Source: Felis catus (taxonomy: Eukaryota). Taken from it: 64,000 nucleotides of DNA. Position 1 is the stretch's first letter. Each line of letters starts with the position of its first letter. The notes under the pieces were generated by a model, which did not search any database, had not been told where the DNA came from, and saw nothing but the letters and a program-made list of their open reading frames with translations. The stretch is taken from the NCBI RefSeq assembly GCF_018350175.1, contig NC_058368.1:48362001-48426000 (forward strand), read 5' to 3'. Positions 37,030 to 49,032 of the stretch are shown piece after piece. The translations under genes and the position numbers were made by a program.

Positions 37030-37120
37030 TTCTCTACTTGCTTCCTCCACAAAGTCTAGCATGGTGTCTTACACATGGCAAATGTTTAATAAGTATTGAA
37101 TGAGTGACGGATAGGAATGA
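37030..37120 (+). mobile_element. L2 3' end
   Basis: 'gtctagcatggtgtcttacacatggcaaatgtttaataagtattgaatgagtga'. Confidence 0.6.
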
Positions 37121-37272
37121 AGTAATTCCCCTTTGATGTTGGTCATGTCACTATGTAGAACAACGCAGTCACTCAAAGTAAGCTGTGAGGAGTATCATGA
37201 TGAACCAGTGATGTTTATCTGCAATTTTGATTTTATGACCTTACTTCCATGCAATATAAAGAAGTAACTCTA

Positions 37273-37720
37273 GGAGCACCTGGGTGGCTCAGTTGGTTAA
37301 GCATCCGACTTTGGCTCAGGTCATGATCTCATGGTTTGTGAGTCTGAGCCCCACGTCGGGTTCTGTGCTGACAGCTCAGAGTCTGGAGCCTATTTGGGAT
37401 TTTGTGTCTCCCTCTCTCTGCCTCTCCCCCACTCACACACACTCTCTCTCCCTTCAAAATAAATAAACATTAAAAAAATTGTTTTTAGGGGCACCTGGGT
37501 GGCTCAGTCGGTTGAGCATCCGACTTCGGCTCAGGTCATGATCTCACGGTCCCGTCCGTGAGTTCAGGCCCTGCGTCAGGCTCTGTGCTGACTGCTCAGA
37601 GCCTGGAGCCTGTTTCGGATTCTGTGTCTCCCTCTCTCTCTGACCCTCCCCCGTTCATGCTCTGTCTCTCTCTGTCCCAAAAATAAATAAATGTTAAAAA
37701 AATTGTTTTTAATTAAAAAA
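37273..37720 (+). mobile_element. CanSINE (outer) with a second SINE inserted in its tail
   Basis: TSD ataaagaagtaactct (37256-37271 / 37721-37736) brackets both elements. Confidence 0.95.
37488..37693 (+). mobile_element. CanSINE (inner, nested)
   Basis: TSD ttaaaaaaattgttttta (37470-37487 / 37694-37711). Confidence 0.95.
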
Positions 37721-38709
37721 ATAAAGAAGTAACTCTGTGGTTGCTAGGCACTTTATAAGCACAGAAATCTGGAAAGTACTTAAAAGATTTTCCTATCTCT
37801 AATCCATAAGAGGTACAAGGTTAGAGAGTTATCAGATGTTATGGCGTTAGCCAATAAAAGGGCTATTACTAAATGAAAAGCTCATTTTTTCATTGGAGTG
37901 AACCCAGACCCAAAATACATTTTGGGTTTACACTTTACAAATATTTATTCATGTCTAAAGTTGAAAGATCAAAGGAAAAAGTTTCAGAGTTCATGGGGAT
38001 AAGAAGACAAAGGTATACCTACAATGAAAACGGGAAGAAGATAAAGGATTCTGGCATATATTGGGCCTTTAGTAAGCACATTTTGAACGGATAAAAATTC
38101 ATAATCGTTACCTACATTGATTTATCTGGATGATTATTAGGTAAGCAAGTTTATTTTACATATGTAGACAAAAATATGTTGTAATTAAAGTGATTTTTTT
38201 CAACACAATCATTTGAATAACTGTCTCAAACTTTATTTTCACTCTGGGCGGATCTCTAGTCTATACAAATGACTGTCACTATTCTGATTATCATCTTATT
38301 TTTCTCATCTCCCTCACAGCTCCATTTCTACATTTGCGTCCCCCAAATCCCAGGTACCTACTCCCTAAGCGCTCATGATTCCTTCCTATTAACCTGTTTC
38401 ATCCAGACTTGTATGTCCTCTTCACAATTCAAGCAGATCTGTGCGGTCTCTAGTTCATTTTTTGCTAAATTGATTAGACTTCTCATTTTTCACCCTCCTG
38501 AAAATCAGCCTGTCCCCTATTCTCTTGATGCTTCTCTTAGCCCCTCTGTCCCTTTGATGAACTCTTCTTCCTTTATCTGCCGCCTCGCTGCAGATCTTCC
38601 CACAAAACTGGGTCCTTGGCATCCTATTCTTGACTGTGAAGAATGGAATAGATCCTATTTTAAATATGAATCAATAGATGCCTTGAGAAAGAAAGACTAT
38701 GGATACCAA

Positions 38710-39580
38710 AGGTAGTTGAAGCTTTGGGGTGACCGGAGCTCCTGTGCACCACGGGTGAGAATATAAAAGGACACATTACTTTGGAAAACTCCTGGCTTGT
38801 TTCTGATAAAGATAAATACACATCTTCCTTTGACCCAGCAATTCCTGTCCTACGTGTCTACCTGAGAGAAATGAAAGCATTATGTCCACAGAAGAGTCGC
38901 ACATAAATGTTCATACAGCCTGCATAGCCCCAAACTGGAAGCAGCATAAATATCCATCAGTTGTTAAGTGAACACATAAACAAATGTTACATCCACTCAG
39001 CGGAATACTACTTAACAAGGCAACAATGTGCAAGAATCTCAAGTACACCGAGCAAGCGAGAGAAGACTGAACAAAAGTATACACAGAACACAATTCATAA
39101 ATAAAGGCTGAGAGGACAGACACCAGAAAGTGGTTGTTTCCAGGGTGGGAAGAAGCAGTGAATTGACGGCAGGAGTGAGGTTGGGGGCGTGGGGGTGAGG
39201 GGATGCAAGCAACTTTCCACCTGATGGAAATGCTCTGGATCTTGATGTGGGTAGCAGTTACATGAGTCTATACAACTGTTAAACCCTTTGAACTGTACTC
39301 TTAAAATTAAGTGTTTTAGGGGCACCTGGATGGCTCAGTCGGTTAAGCATCTGACTTCGGCTCAGGTCACGATCTCATAGTTTGTGGGTTCAAGCCCCTT
39401 GTCGTGCTCTGTGCTGACAGCTCGGAGCCGGGAGCCTGCTTTGGATTCTGTCTCCCTCTCTCTGCCCATCCCCTATTCATGCTCTGTCTCTCTCGCCTTC
39501 AAAAATAAATAACCATTTCAAAGAAAATTAAACAAGCATTTTATTGTATGCAAATCAGACCTCAAAAAATAAAAATAAAC
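38710..39580 (+). mobile_element. Ancient L1M 3' fragment (ORF2 end plus 3'UTR) interrupted by a SINE
   Basis: 'actttggaaaac', 'tttgacccagcaattcctgtccta', 'gccccaaactggaagc...atccatcag', 'gatggaaatgctctggatcttgat', 'ttttattgtatgcaaat...cctcaa'. Confidence 0.85.
39319..39530 (+). mobile_element. CanSINE (SINEC_Fc2-like)
   Basis: Canonical head 'ggggcacctggatggctcagtcggttaag', CT-rich region, aataaa tail. Confidence 0.95.
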
Positions 39581-39929
39581 TTCAATAATTGTCCCTCTGC
39601 CAATGACTCCCTTTCTATATTTCCAGTCCTCGTTCATCAGCTCCAGTTCTCGACCTCCACATACCAACAGGACTGCTCCGTTCGGGAGTTCTGTTCTATC
39701 GAACCCCTACACCCACTCCTCTCAATGATGTTCTTCAGCTCAAAAGCACGGTCATTCCTTTTGCCTTCATCTTATCCTTTGGTCTAGTTAGTTATCTCTA
39801 AAACTATTCATTATTTCCTTAAAACACGTATCATAAATCCTTTCCCTTCAAGACAGAATGAGGAAAAGAGTACTTTTAACGTGTAGTGGAAAATTACATC
39901 TGATTGGGCAGCACCAACCACACTCCTTA

Positions 39930-40080
39930 TCAGTTGTAGGACGCCAGCAAAGTCACACTTCACTTTCCCGAGTCCTATTTCCCTCGTCTGCAAAACAGGA
40001 GATAATTCAGACATTGCTGTATTAAGGAACATTGTGAGACAGATGCATCAACATACACTGAAAACTGTGATTCACTACGT
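39930..40080 (+). mobile_element. MIR fragment
   Basis: 'gcaaagtcacacttcactttcccgagtcctatttccctcgtctgcaaaacaggagataat'. Confidence 0.6.
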
Positions 40081-40420
40081 TTTTAATATAACACTAGAGG
40101 CCATTCTTACTGACACTTATTCAAAAGCCGCCAATGACGCCTGGCCCCAGAGTCGCTCATGTCTATAGTACTTCCATAACTTCCAATCTATTCTTCCTGA
40201 TTTGGGGGCAGGCGGCCAATCTGTTATATTTATGACTAGCAATTTAATGCAATCCCTTTTTAAAAAACTAGCATCATCTTGAACTTTTAAATATACGCAT
40301 GAGGCAAGATTTATGGAACTACACATTTGTTTCAAAGTGGTATCAATTTGTAAGTTTGGGTAAAAATGTAGGAGTAAAAAAGCCAGAGATATAAAACATA
40401 CTTTTCAAAACCTGGTTGAT

Positions 40421-40640
40421 GGGCGCCTGGGTGGCTCAGTCGGTTAAGCGTGTGACTGGCTTAGGTCATGAACTCACCATCCGTGAGTTTGAGCCCCATG
40501 TCGGGCTCTGTGCTGACAGCTCAGAGCCTGGAGCCTGCTTCAGATTCTGTGTCTCTCTCTCTCTCTGCCCCTTCCTGACTTGTGCACACACACACTCTCT
40601 CTCTCCCAGAAATAAACAAAAATTAAAATAAATAAAAATA
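40421..40640 (+). mobile_element. CanSINE
   Basis: TSD aaaacctggttgat / aaaacctggtcgat (40407-40420 / 40641-40654). Confidence 0.95.
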
Positions 40641-40806
40641 AAAACCTGGTCGATTTTAGTATGTAAAGAGATAATGTGGTTTTAATTTAGTAATTATTTT
40701 GTTTCTTTTTCTTGGACAATTTCCAATTTTGCTCAATATTCTTACATTGTAAAATACTGGTCTTCTGACTTGACTTGGATAATAAGCCTCATTAAAAGCT
40801 ATAGTA

Positions 40807-41014
40807 GGGGCGCCTGGGTGGCTCAGTCAGTTAAGCGTCCGACTTTGGCTCAGGTCATGATCTCGCAGTTCGTGGGTTCAAGGCCCGCGTTGGGCTCTGT
40901 GCTGACAGCTCAGAGCCTGGAGCCTGTTTCAGATTCTGTGTCTCCCTCTCTCTCTCTGACCCTTCCCCGTTCATGCTCTGTCTCTCTCTCTGTCTCAAAA
41001 CTAAATGAACGTTA

Positions 41015-41055
<41 letters not shown>
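40807..41055 (+). mobile_element. CanSINE with (TAAA)n tail
   Basis: TSD aaagctatagta (40795-40806 / 41056-41067). Confidence 0.96.
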
Positions 41056-41057
<2 letters not shown>

Positions 41058-41125
41058 AGCTATAGTAAAAAATTAGTATTTTAACTGCACAATGTAATCA
41101 ACCTTCCCAATAAAGGCTGACAAGA

Positions 41126-41359
41126 GGGGCACCTGTGTGGCTCAGTTGGTTACGTGATCGACTTCAGCTCAGGTCATGATGTCACGGTTTGTGGGTTCGA
41201 GCCCTGCATCCGGCTCTGTGCTGACAGCTCAGAGCCTGGAGCCTGCTTTGGATTCTGTGTCTCCCTCTCTCTGCCCCTCCTCCACTTACACTCTGTGTGT
41301 GTGTCTCTCTCTCTCTCAAAAATAAACATTAAAAAAATTTTTTTAATGTTAAAAAAAAA
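41126..41359 (+). mobile_element. CanSINE
   Basis: TSD gctgacaaga (41116-41125 / 41360-41369). Confidence 0.95.
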
Positions 41360-41413
41360 GCTGACAAGAAGATATCTTAATCCCTTGATTAAAAAAAGTC
41401 ATTTATTTTTTCT

Positions 41414-41627
41414 TTAAAATTAAAAAAAAATGTTTATTTACTTTTGAGAGAGAGCGAGAGACCACAAGCTGAGGAGAGACAGAGAGAGGGAGACACAGAA
41501 TCCTAAGCAGACTTCAGGTTCTGACCCATCAGCACAGAGCCTGATGTGACGCTCAAACTCACGAACTATGAGATCATAACTTGAGCTGAAGTCCGACACT
41601 CAACCAACTAAGCTACCCAGGCGCCCC
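41414..41627 (-). mobile_element. CanSINE
   Basis: Reverse head 'acccaggcgcccc'; degenerate TSD agtcatttattttttct / agttatttatgttttct. Confidence 0.94.
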
Positions 41628-42401
41628 AGTTATTTATGTTTTCTAATCAATTTTCTCGCTTGCATTTTCCTATCATGGATTAGAAAAGTTCTTCTAAATG
41701 TAAAATTTAAAATTAGTTTTCTATTGGCATTAGAAAGTAGAAAGTATCAGAACCAATTCCATGTTGTCTTTCAGTTGCAACAGTGATCACACATACAGGA
41801 CAAAATGGAAAATAGATACAGAATCGGACAGCGATACACATTTTGCTAAAAGGTTATAAAACTCTAGCTCAAAGATTTTGTTTTCAATTATCTGTAAAAT
41901 TTTATCTGGGTTTTGTCACTATGGTAGCCCATAGCTCTCTAATTCCAGAATTCAGAGGGAAAAGGCAAATAGCTGATGTTATTTTTAGCTATTCTGTACG
42001 CTATAAAAGATTAATCAATGTTAATTTGAGTTTAAAGACTGACCATAACTACACTTCACAGATTTTGCTTATTCAGCTGGAATCAACTGCTTAATCAATA
42101 TGTTTTAGTAATACCCTTTATTACATTTAGCAAAATGAAACACTTCTGAGAGTATAAACCCTGGAGATCAGAATTTACACTGTGAAATTCAGATATTAAG
42201 ACATAGTAAATGTACCTGTTATTACAGATTAAAAAAAAATACATCATTAAGGAATCTAGGGGGAAAATTTTATGAGATCCACCAGAACCACCTAAGAAAA
42301 CATGACTAAAATTTACCAAGACTTAGAAAATTCGATTTTTAAAATAGGTATGTTAGTTAAATTCAATTGCTTCTATAAATTAACAGCCTTTCTTTTCTAA
42401 A

Positions 42402-42797
42402 ATGTTAGTATGTTAGTCATCACTCTCCTAGAGCCCCCATCGCCCCAGAGAGGAATATGCTTCCACACACACTGATGCTGGGCTAGGTCATATGACTTTG
42501 CTCTGGCCATGGGATGCTGGCAGATGAGTGCCACGAGCAATGGCTTACAATGTGTTTGTACAACTGGGGTTGCCCTCTTACACTAAAGCCATTGCTGTGA
42601 GAAATGCATGCATGCCAGGGATTGTCTGTTGGGTCTAGACAAAGGAGAGACATGAATAGTGCTACTCCAACAACCTTTGGACCTGCCCCAGCTGACCAGC
42701 TGATGCAATGAAGAAAAGTAAATGTTTTATGGTAATATGCCACTGAGTTTTGGAATGGCTGTCTACACAGCATCATAGTGGTAACAGAGGATGAATT
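42402..42797 (+). mobile_element. MaLR LTR (MLT1H/I-like)
   Basis: 'ctgggctaggtcatatgactttgctctggcca', 'tatgccactgagttttggaatggctgtctacacagca'. Confidence 0.75.
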
Positions 42798-42874
42798 TTT
42801 TAAAAAAGAAAACAAAAACAAACATACCTTGACAAGAGAAGACATATTTCTCTTAAGTGTTCACTTTTAAGCTT

Positions 42875-43332
42875 GGTGGTAGACTATTAGTTTACTGACT
42901 CAGTCACGTCCATATTTTTCTTCCCCCTTAGCCATGTTCCGGTCATTGGGACCATGCGAACCAGTCTTGGCCAATGGGGTATGGGCAGAAGTCACAGGGT
43001 GGGGACTCCCGAGAAAGCTTTTGAAAAGTGACACAGTTGGCTGGTATGTTCCTCTGGTTAGTTTGTTCTGCATTTTTACTCCCCTTCTGACTCGAATAAG
43101 GGCAAGATGCCTGGAGATGGAGCCTACTTCACACAACCATTAGAAAGAAAGCCACAACTGAAGGACAACAAAACAGAAAGAAAGAAGACAGCTTCAGAAC
43201 ATCCTGAGCATATCCACTAACCTGTCCTGTTTACCTCAGACTTCCTCTGCTACCAGGAAAGTAATTCCATATTCCACGTTTAAGCTCTCTAGTCAGGCTT
43301 ATTGTCATTTTCAGCCAAAAGTAACCCGTATT
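42875..43332 (+). mobile_element. MaLR LTR (MLT1J/K-like)
   Basis: 'ccatgcgaaccagtcttggccaatggggtatgggcagaagtc', 'gatgcctggagatggagc', 'cctcagacttcct', 'tttaagc...cagccaaa'. Confidence 0.7.
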
Positions 43333-43756
43333 TGGAAAGATATGTAAATGGATAGATAGGCAGGTAAGTAAACAGACTGACATAAAGAATTTCATTCAAA
43401 TTATTTTAAAAAGATCCAAACTTCTATCTAGAAGTAGTATTTGACTCAGTCTAATATTAAAAATCACATTGATAAAATGATCATTTTAGCTAAGAATATA
43501 TGATGACATTTAAATTAAGTCACAGCTTCCGTTTTTATATATTTAGGTTTGCCTTTCTGTAAGTAGAAATAAAATAACATTAATCATGTATCAGGTAATT
43601 TTTAGACTACACTTTGATGGAATTAACTTTAGTTTATGATTTAAAGTTTGGAATTCTTTCCTGCACACTAATAATTTTTCAGATAGTCAGAAATATTCTC
43701 AAAATTTGCTGGCATTTTTACAATACTAACTGCGCATGGTTTGAGGTTTAATTTTT

Positions 43757-43962
43757 TTTTAATGTTTTATTTATTCTTGACAGAGAGAGAGAGCATACGC
43801 GAGGGAGGGACAGAGAGAGAGAGGGAGACACAGAATCTGAAGCAGGCTCCAGGCTCTGAGCTGTCAGCACAGAGCCCGATGCGGGGCTCGAACTCACAGA
43901 CCGCGAGATCATGACCTGGGCCGAAGTAGGACGCTCAACCGACTGAGCCACCCAGGCGCCCC
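43757..43962 (-). mobile_element. CanSINE (SINEC_Fc2-like, CpG-rich)
   Basis: TSD gaggtttaattttt (43743-43756 / 43964-43977). Confidence 0.96.
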
Positions 43963-45319
43963 AGAGGTTTAATTTTTAAGATAAGTTATGATGCATATTA
44001 CATTTCAGCTGGCTGGTGATCCTCAGTGATGCAATTGTGTAAGTGGATGGCAAAATATCACAGTCAAACGTCAACCTGTTAAGATTCACTCTTATCCAAG
44101 CTATCTTTTTCTATCTGTATTAGATTTTCCTATATAGCAGCAGGTTCTCCATGAAAATGTAGCCTTCAATTTTTTATTTTCATTTGATGCATGTAAGTAA
44201 ATGTATTCAAGGAGATTCAAGTGTGTGGGAAAGTGCTATAAAGTAAAGGAAAATTATGGTACAATGGCTATAACTCATAAAGAGTAATAAGAAGAGAGAC
44301 TGTCTAGAGCATTTGACTGAAAATAGAAAAGATTATATCCTGGTGAATTGAGTTAATTTCAAATATATTACAGTATGGTTTTCTATCATGTGTACTCTCT
44401 CGGACTACATTAATAAATGAAAGAGTGATGAATAGTTCTGGGAACTTGTAGCGAAACTTATTAATATTTCAACATTATCACTGAGTATCTATGTCAACAC
44501 ACATCAAAAATGCATGAGAAATGACTACCTACACTCACAAGTTACACCCATTAGGAATATATATGAGAAATATAAATGGTGTACATAAATTTGCAATGTG
44601 AGTATAGGTAGAATGTATAGCAAAAAAAAAAAAAAGCTACACAAAGATCTCACATGGAGAAGTATGTCAAGCAATTAAAAGCAAATTAACACTTGCAATC
44701 AGTTTGGAGTATACAGTATGACCACATAAAATACCAACATATTTCAAATTATGAATCATCTTAGAAATTACTAATACTAAAAAAAAAATTAAACATAAAA
44801 GTAGCAAAACTATGTAGCCACTCTCAAATAAAAGTGGCTTATCAATTCTATCCATGATGTAACTTTGGAATCCCCTACCTAAAAAATAAAAACCAAAAGT
44901 TTGGTTTTAAAAGGCCTGATTTCTAATTTTAAATTGATCACCAAGAAGTAGTAAATTCATATTAAAATGAGTCATGGCAGTTTAAAAAAATAAATCAATA
45001 CACAGTTAACCCAATCATTTCCAAGTGGTTAGGAAAGCAAACCAGTGTATATCTATAGCATACAGAAGATGTTCAATTCATTTGGGGGGAGGTCAAACTG
45101 ATGATTTAGCATTAGACATGAAGGCGAAAATGCCTACCACAGAAATGAGAGATATAAATCACTCTCAAAACAGCAACACCAGGGTAGTGGCTCTCACATA
45201 TGATACCTTATTTTATTTCACTTTTTTAATGATCAAAAAGATTCATGCACAAAAAGTTTTGACGATAAGCTCATACTTAGAAAAATAGTTACATCATTTT
45301 TAGAGAAAAAGTACTTATT

Positions 45320-45543
45320 GGGACGCCTGGGTGGCGCAGTCGGTTAAGCGTCTGACTTCAGCCAGGTCACAATCTTGCGGTCCGTGAGTTCGAGCCCCGC
45401 ATCAGGCTCTGGGCTGATGGCTCGGAGCCTGGAGCCTGTTTCCGATTCTGTGTCTCCCTCTCTCTCTGCCCCTCCCCCATTCATGCTCTGTCTCTCTCTG
45501 CCCCAAAAATAAATAAAAAACATTGAAAAATTAAAAAAAAAAA
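45320..45543 (+). mobile_element. Young CanSINE (SINEC_Fc1-like)
   Basis: Same diagnostics as the 26333 copy; TSD agaaaaagtactta (45304-45317 / 45544-45557). Confidence 0.97.
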
Positions 45544-45939
45544 AGAAAAAGTACTTACTGGCTACTAGAAGGTACAGTAATAATATATTTTTAAAGACCT
45601 TCTAGGATAATAGAAATTTCTGAATGATCAGGGGCTACAAAACTAGATTTCAAGAACCCAGGCCAAAAAGAAATAAACAAATGTTTGAAAGGGAAAATTT
45701 GTTTTGCACTTTTCGTTTGCTTTTTGATTCTTGTTTTGGTTAAATTACTGCAGATTCCCTTAGGAAGAGAGAATTTTTGTCATAGCCCAGAGGAAAAGTG
45801 TGAGTGGATAAAAAGGTTCAGTTCTGCCCCCTGCCCCATAGGGATGGAATGCTGGAATAAATAGTATCTATGGAGTTCAGTTTCTTCTGCAAGATCAAGG
45901 AATTCTAAGCAATGTTCTCTAGTTGGTCAGCTAGTTTGT

Positions 45940-46770
45940 TTGCCTATTTACTCTTTCCAGAACATTCCTGTCTTTAGATTTTCTGCACTTGTTATTCTCT
46001 CGAACGCTCTTCCTTTAGATCTCCTTGTGATGATGTGACCTCATACCTCTTCAGGTCTCTTCCTAAAACACAGTCTCATTAGACAGTTCTTCCCAGAACA
46101 TCTTAATGTAACAGTGACCAATTTCTTCCACCTCCACACAGCCTAACATCCATATCCTGCTTCCTCTACTTTACATGTATCTCTATTTATCTCTCTGTCT
46201 ATATATATATCTATATACCTTCATACCACAAGAGTCTGTGTCTAACCACAGAAACTGTGGACATCTAGGCAGCACAAGTCATATCCACACACCCACAAGA
46301 ATGCAAACGGCAGCCTTTGGGATGTATAGTGCTCACCCTGCACCATCATGTGCAGCTTCCTTGAGACTGGTATTTGCAAAACACAAAGTTGATCATGCTG
46401 TTCCCACTGAAAGCCTATCCACCTCTCCTGATTATCTACAGAATAAATTCATCCTTCCTGATCAGGTCCCTACTGCCTTCCCAAGCAACCTCATCTCCAT
46501 TTCCCTGCTACATTCACCCATGCAGCAGTCATTATGAACTTGTGCACCCCTACCGCCCATCGGTGCTCTTACATATTCCAGACTGAGTTATGCATACCCC
46601 TCTGCTCTCTCACTGCAGCCCTTCATATGCTTTAATCTTACCGTGCTTTACTTCACCCCGTATTATTCTGACTCTGAGCTCCCTGTGCTGAGGCACTTTG
46701 CATCACTCATCCTGTATCCTCAGCATGTAACACGGGGTCGAATAAGTCAATTAACTACTCAACAAATGAA
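45940..46770 (+). mobile_element. L2 fragments
   Basis: 'tgcacttgttattctctc...ttcaggtctc', 'aaaacacaaagttgatcatg', 3' 'ctgagctccctg...tgtatcctcagcatgtaacac'. Confidence 0.6.
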
Positions 46771-46845
46771 CACATCACTTAACTTGGTAATCCATAAAAC
46801 AATTCAAATATCAAATTATTGAACAAATTTGAGCATATTTTTCTT

Positions 46846-47063
46846 TTTTAATTTTTTTTAATGTTTATTTTATTTTTGACAGAGAGACAGAGACAGAGCA
46901 TGAGTGGGGGAGGGGCAGAGCAAGAGGGAGACACAGAATCCAAAGCAGGATCCAGGTCTGAGCTGTCAGCACAGAGCCCAACGCCGGGCTGGAAATCACA
47001 GACGTGAGATCATGACCTGAGCCAAAGTCGGATGTTCAACCTACTGAGCCACCTAGGCGCCCC
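46846..47063 (-). mobile_element. CanSINE
   Basis: TSD ttgagcatatttttctt / ttgagcacatttttctt (46829-46845 / 47065-47081). Confidence 0.95.
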
Positions 47064-48683
47064 ATTGAGCACATTTTTCTTAATTTTAAGAGGGAGCAAC
47101 AGTGTCCCACTGAAGCAGATATAAGGGATTATGTGTGGATACACCGTCTCCATCTTGGTATTAAACACCCAGAAACTGAGTTAATTGTTTTTTAGGGTTG
47201 GGAGACTGAAGGGCTGATTCAGGCTAAGCATATACTTTAGGTTTATCTGTGTTCATTTACTGAAAGTCAGTAGCTTTTTCTGAGCTCCTTCAAAAGAAGA
47301 GCAACCCGAAAGCGTTGATCTCCCCTGGTGAGAGAATGAATGCCTCCCGGATTCACCAGTCAGTAGCCATGACGGTCACTATCAGAGATCTCGACTTCTA
47401 CCTAATGATGTGAATCATAGCTGTTTCTTTGGTAGGACACAAGTGGGGATCTGAAGGCGTCCCAAACGTGTTAGGCTTACTAAATAAAAATATAGCTTCT
47501 TTTAATGAGACAAGAATCTAGGAAAGATCTGAGAAGTCCTTTGACATGTTGAGCTCTTTGGCTTTTTCTCTGGGCACAATCAGCTCAGTTGGTTTCATTC
47601 TCATCAGCAGATAGAAGAGAGACATGATCCAAATACTCTCAAATCTTCCAGTCAAGGGGTGCAAAACAAGATGACACAGTACCATTTTAAGCCGTGGACA
47701 AACTTCCCTTTTATAGATTGACAAAAAGCCAATTCTACAAGGAATGTTCATTTTTGAGGTTTGGGAATATCAGCCCGTATGTTTATATTAAAACACACTT
47801 GAAAACCATGTTTCTCCCGACAATAATTTCTTTAAATAAAATAGTATCAGTGAAGTTTGTATGAAAAACACTAATATCTTTGTATTTTATTTTCTTACAT
47901 TTCAATATAATGTATGTGATTTATAGAAATGGGATAGCTTTAAAAAAAAAAAACTCTGAGAAGGCACTTGATAGACTTATTTCCCTCTATCAGATTATAT
48001 TTAAAGTAACAATGAGTTTAAAGATAAAACATTTGAAATTATTTCATAAATGCTGGATACGTGGGATTCGAGGTTCAAAAACCTGCTAATTTTAGATAGT
48101 TGGCGGTTTAGAGATATTAAAACCACAGCATAAAGACAGAAGCTGCCTTCATAAAGGAATATGGGTTTATAGAAAGACACATTTGGATTTGAACTTGAGC
48201 TCTGCAAATGACCAGCAAATTACGCTGATAGGACCAGCATATGGCATTTTCATAGTTCTGCCAAAAAGTAGGGTGTCAGTTACAATTCCTTTGTTTTCAC
48301 TTTCTTCCTCATCTCTTGCACTGTTCTCTACTATAATTTAAAAGACATTAACAAAATCATACAGGAAGAGAAGAGAAACAAGAGGAGGTATTCAAACGGT
48401 TCAGGACGAGAAAAATGAAAACAAAAACACAAACAAAAACCACTCAAGATTTCTGACCCTTTTTTATCATTAAATGCACTTTTCTAAAGGAAGAACCATG
48501 ATGTTTGAACTAGCAGCAAAGTTTGAAATAAGAATAGGGTATCTAACTTGCTACCATATCGGTTCTTTCAAAGAACACTTAGGTGAAAATGTGCTAAAGA
48601 TAACGCTCTTCATTTCCAGAAATTCAAGCAATTTTTAAGAAGGTACATTCACATGAGCAATACTCATGTGAACAACACTCATG

Positions 48684-49032
48684 TGAACAACACAAGGGTT
48701 AGGGAGGCTGACACCCTTTGTGGTAAATCCACCCTTTGTGGATTACCCTTTGTGTAACCCACGTGTAACTTTTGACTCTCCCCAAACTTAACTACTAATA
48801 GTCTACTGCTGACTGAAAGTTTTATCAATAACAGAACCAGTCAATTAACACCTATTTTGCATATGTATTACATACTAAATCCTTACAATGAAGTAAGCTA
48901 GAGAAAAGAAAACATTAAGAAAATCATAAGGAAGAGAAAATACATTTACAGGATTCTACTGTATATATCAAAAAAAATCTGTGTATAAGTGAACTCGTAC
49001 AATTCCAACTCATGTTGTTCAAGGGTCAACTG
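48684..49032 (+). mobile_element. Tigger2a/MER8-like non-autonomous DNA transposon (TcMar-Tigger), left TIR damaged
   Basis: 'taacttttgactctcccaaaacttaactactaatagtctactg', 'gtaagctagagaaaagaaaa', right TIR 'tgttgttcaagggtcaactg' ending 49032. Confidence 0.9.

Noticed and set aside
38269..38715. 148-aa plus-strand ORF
   Set aside because: Pyrimidine-rich, low-information sequence with S/F/L-biased translation and no recognisable motif.
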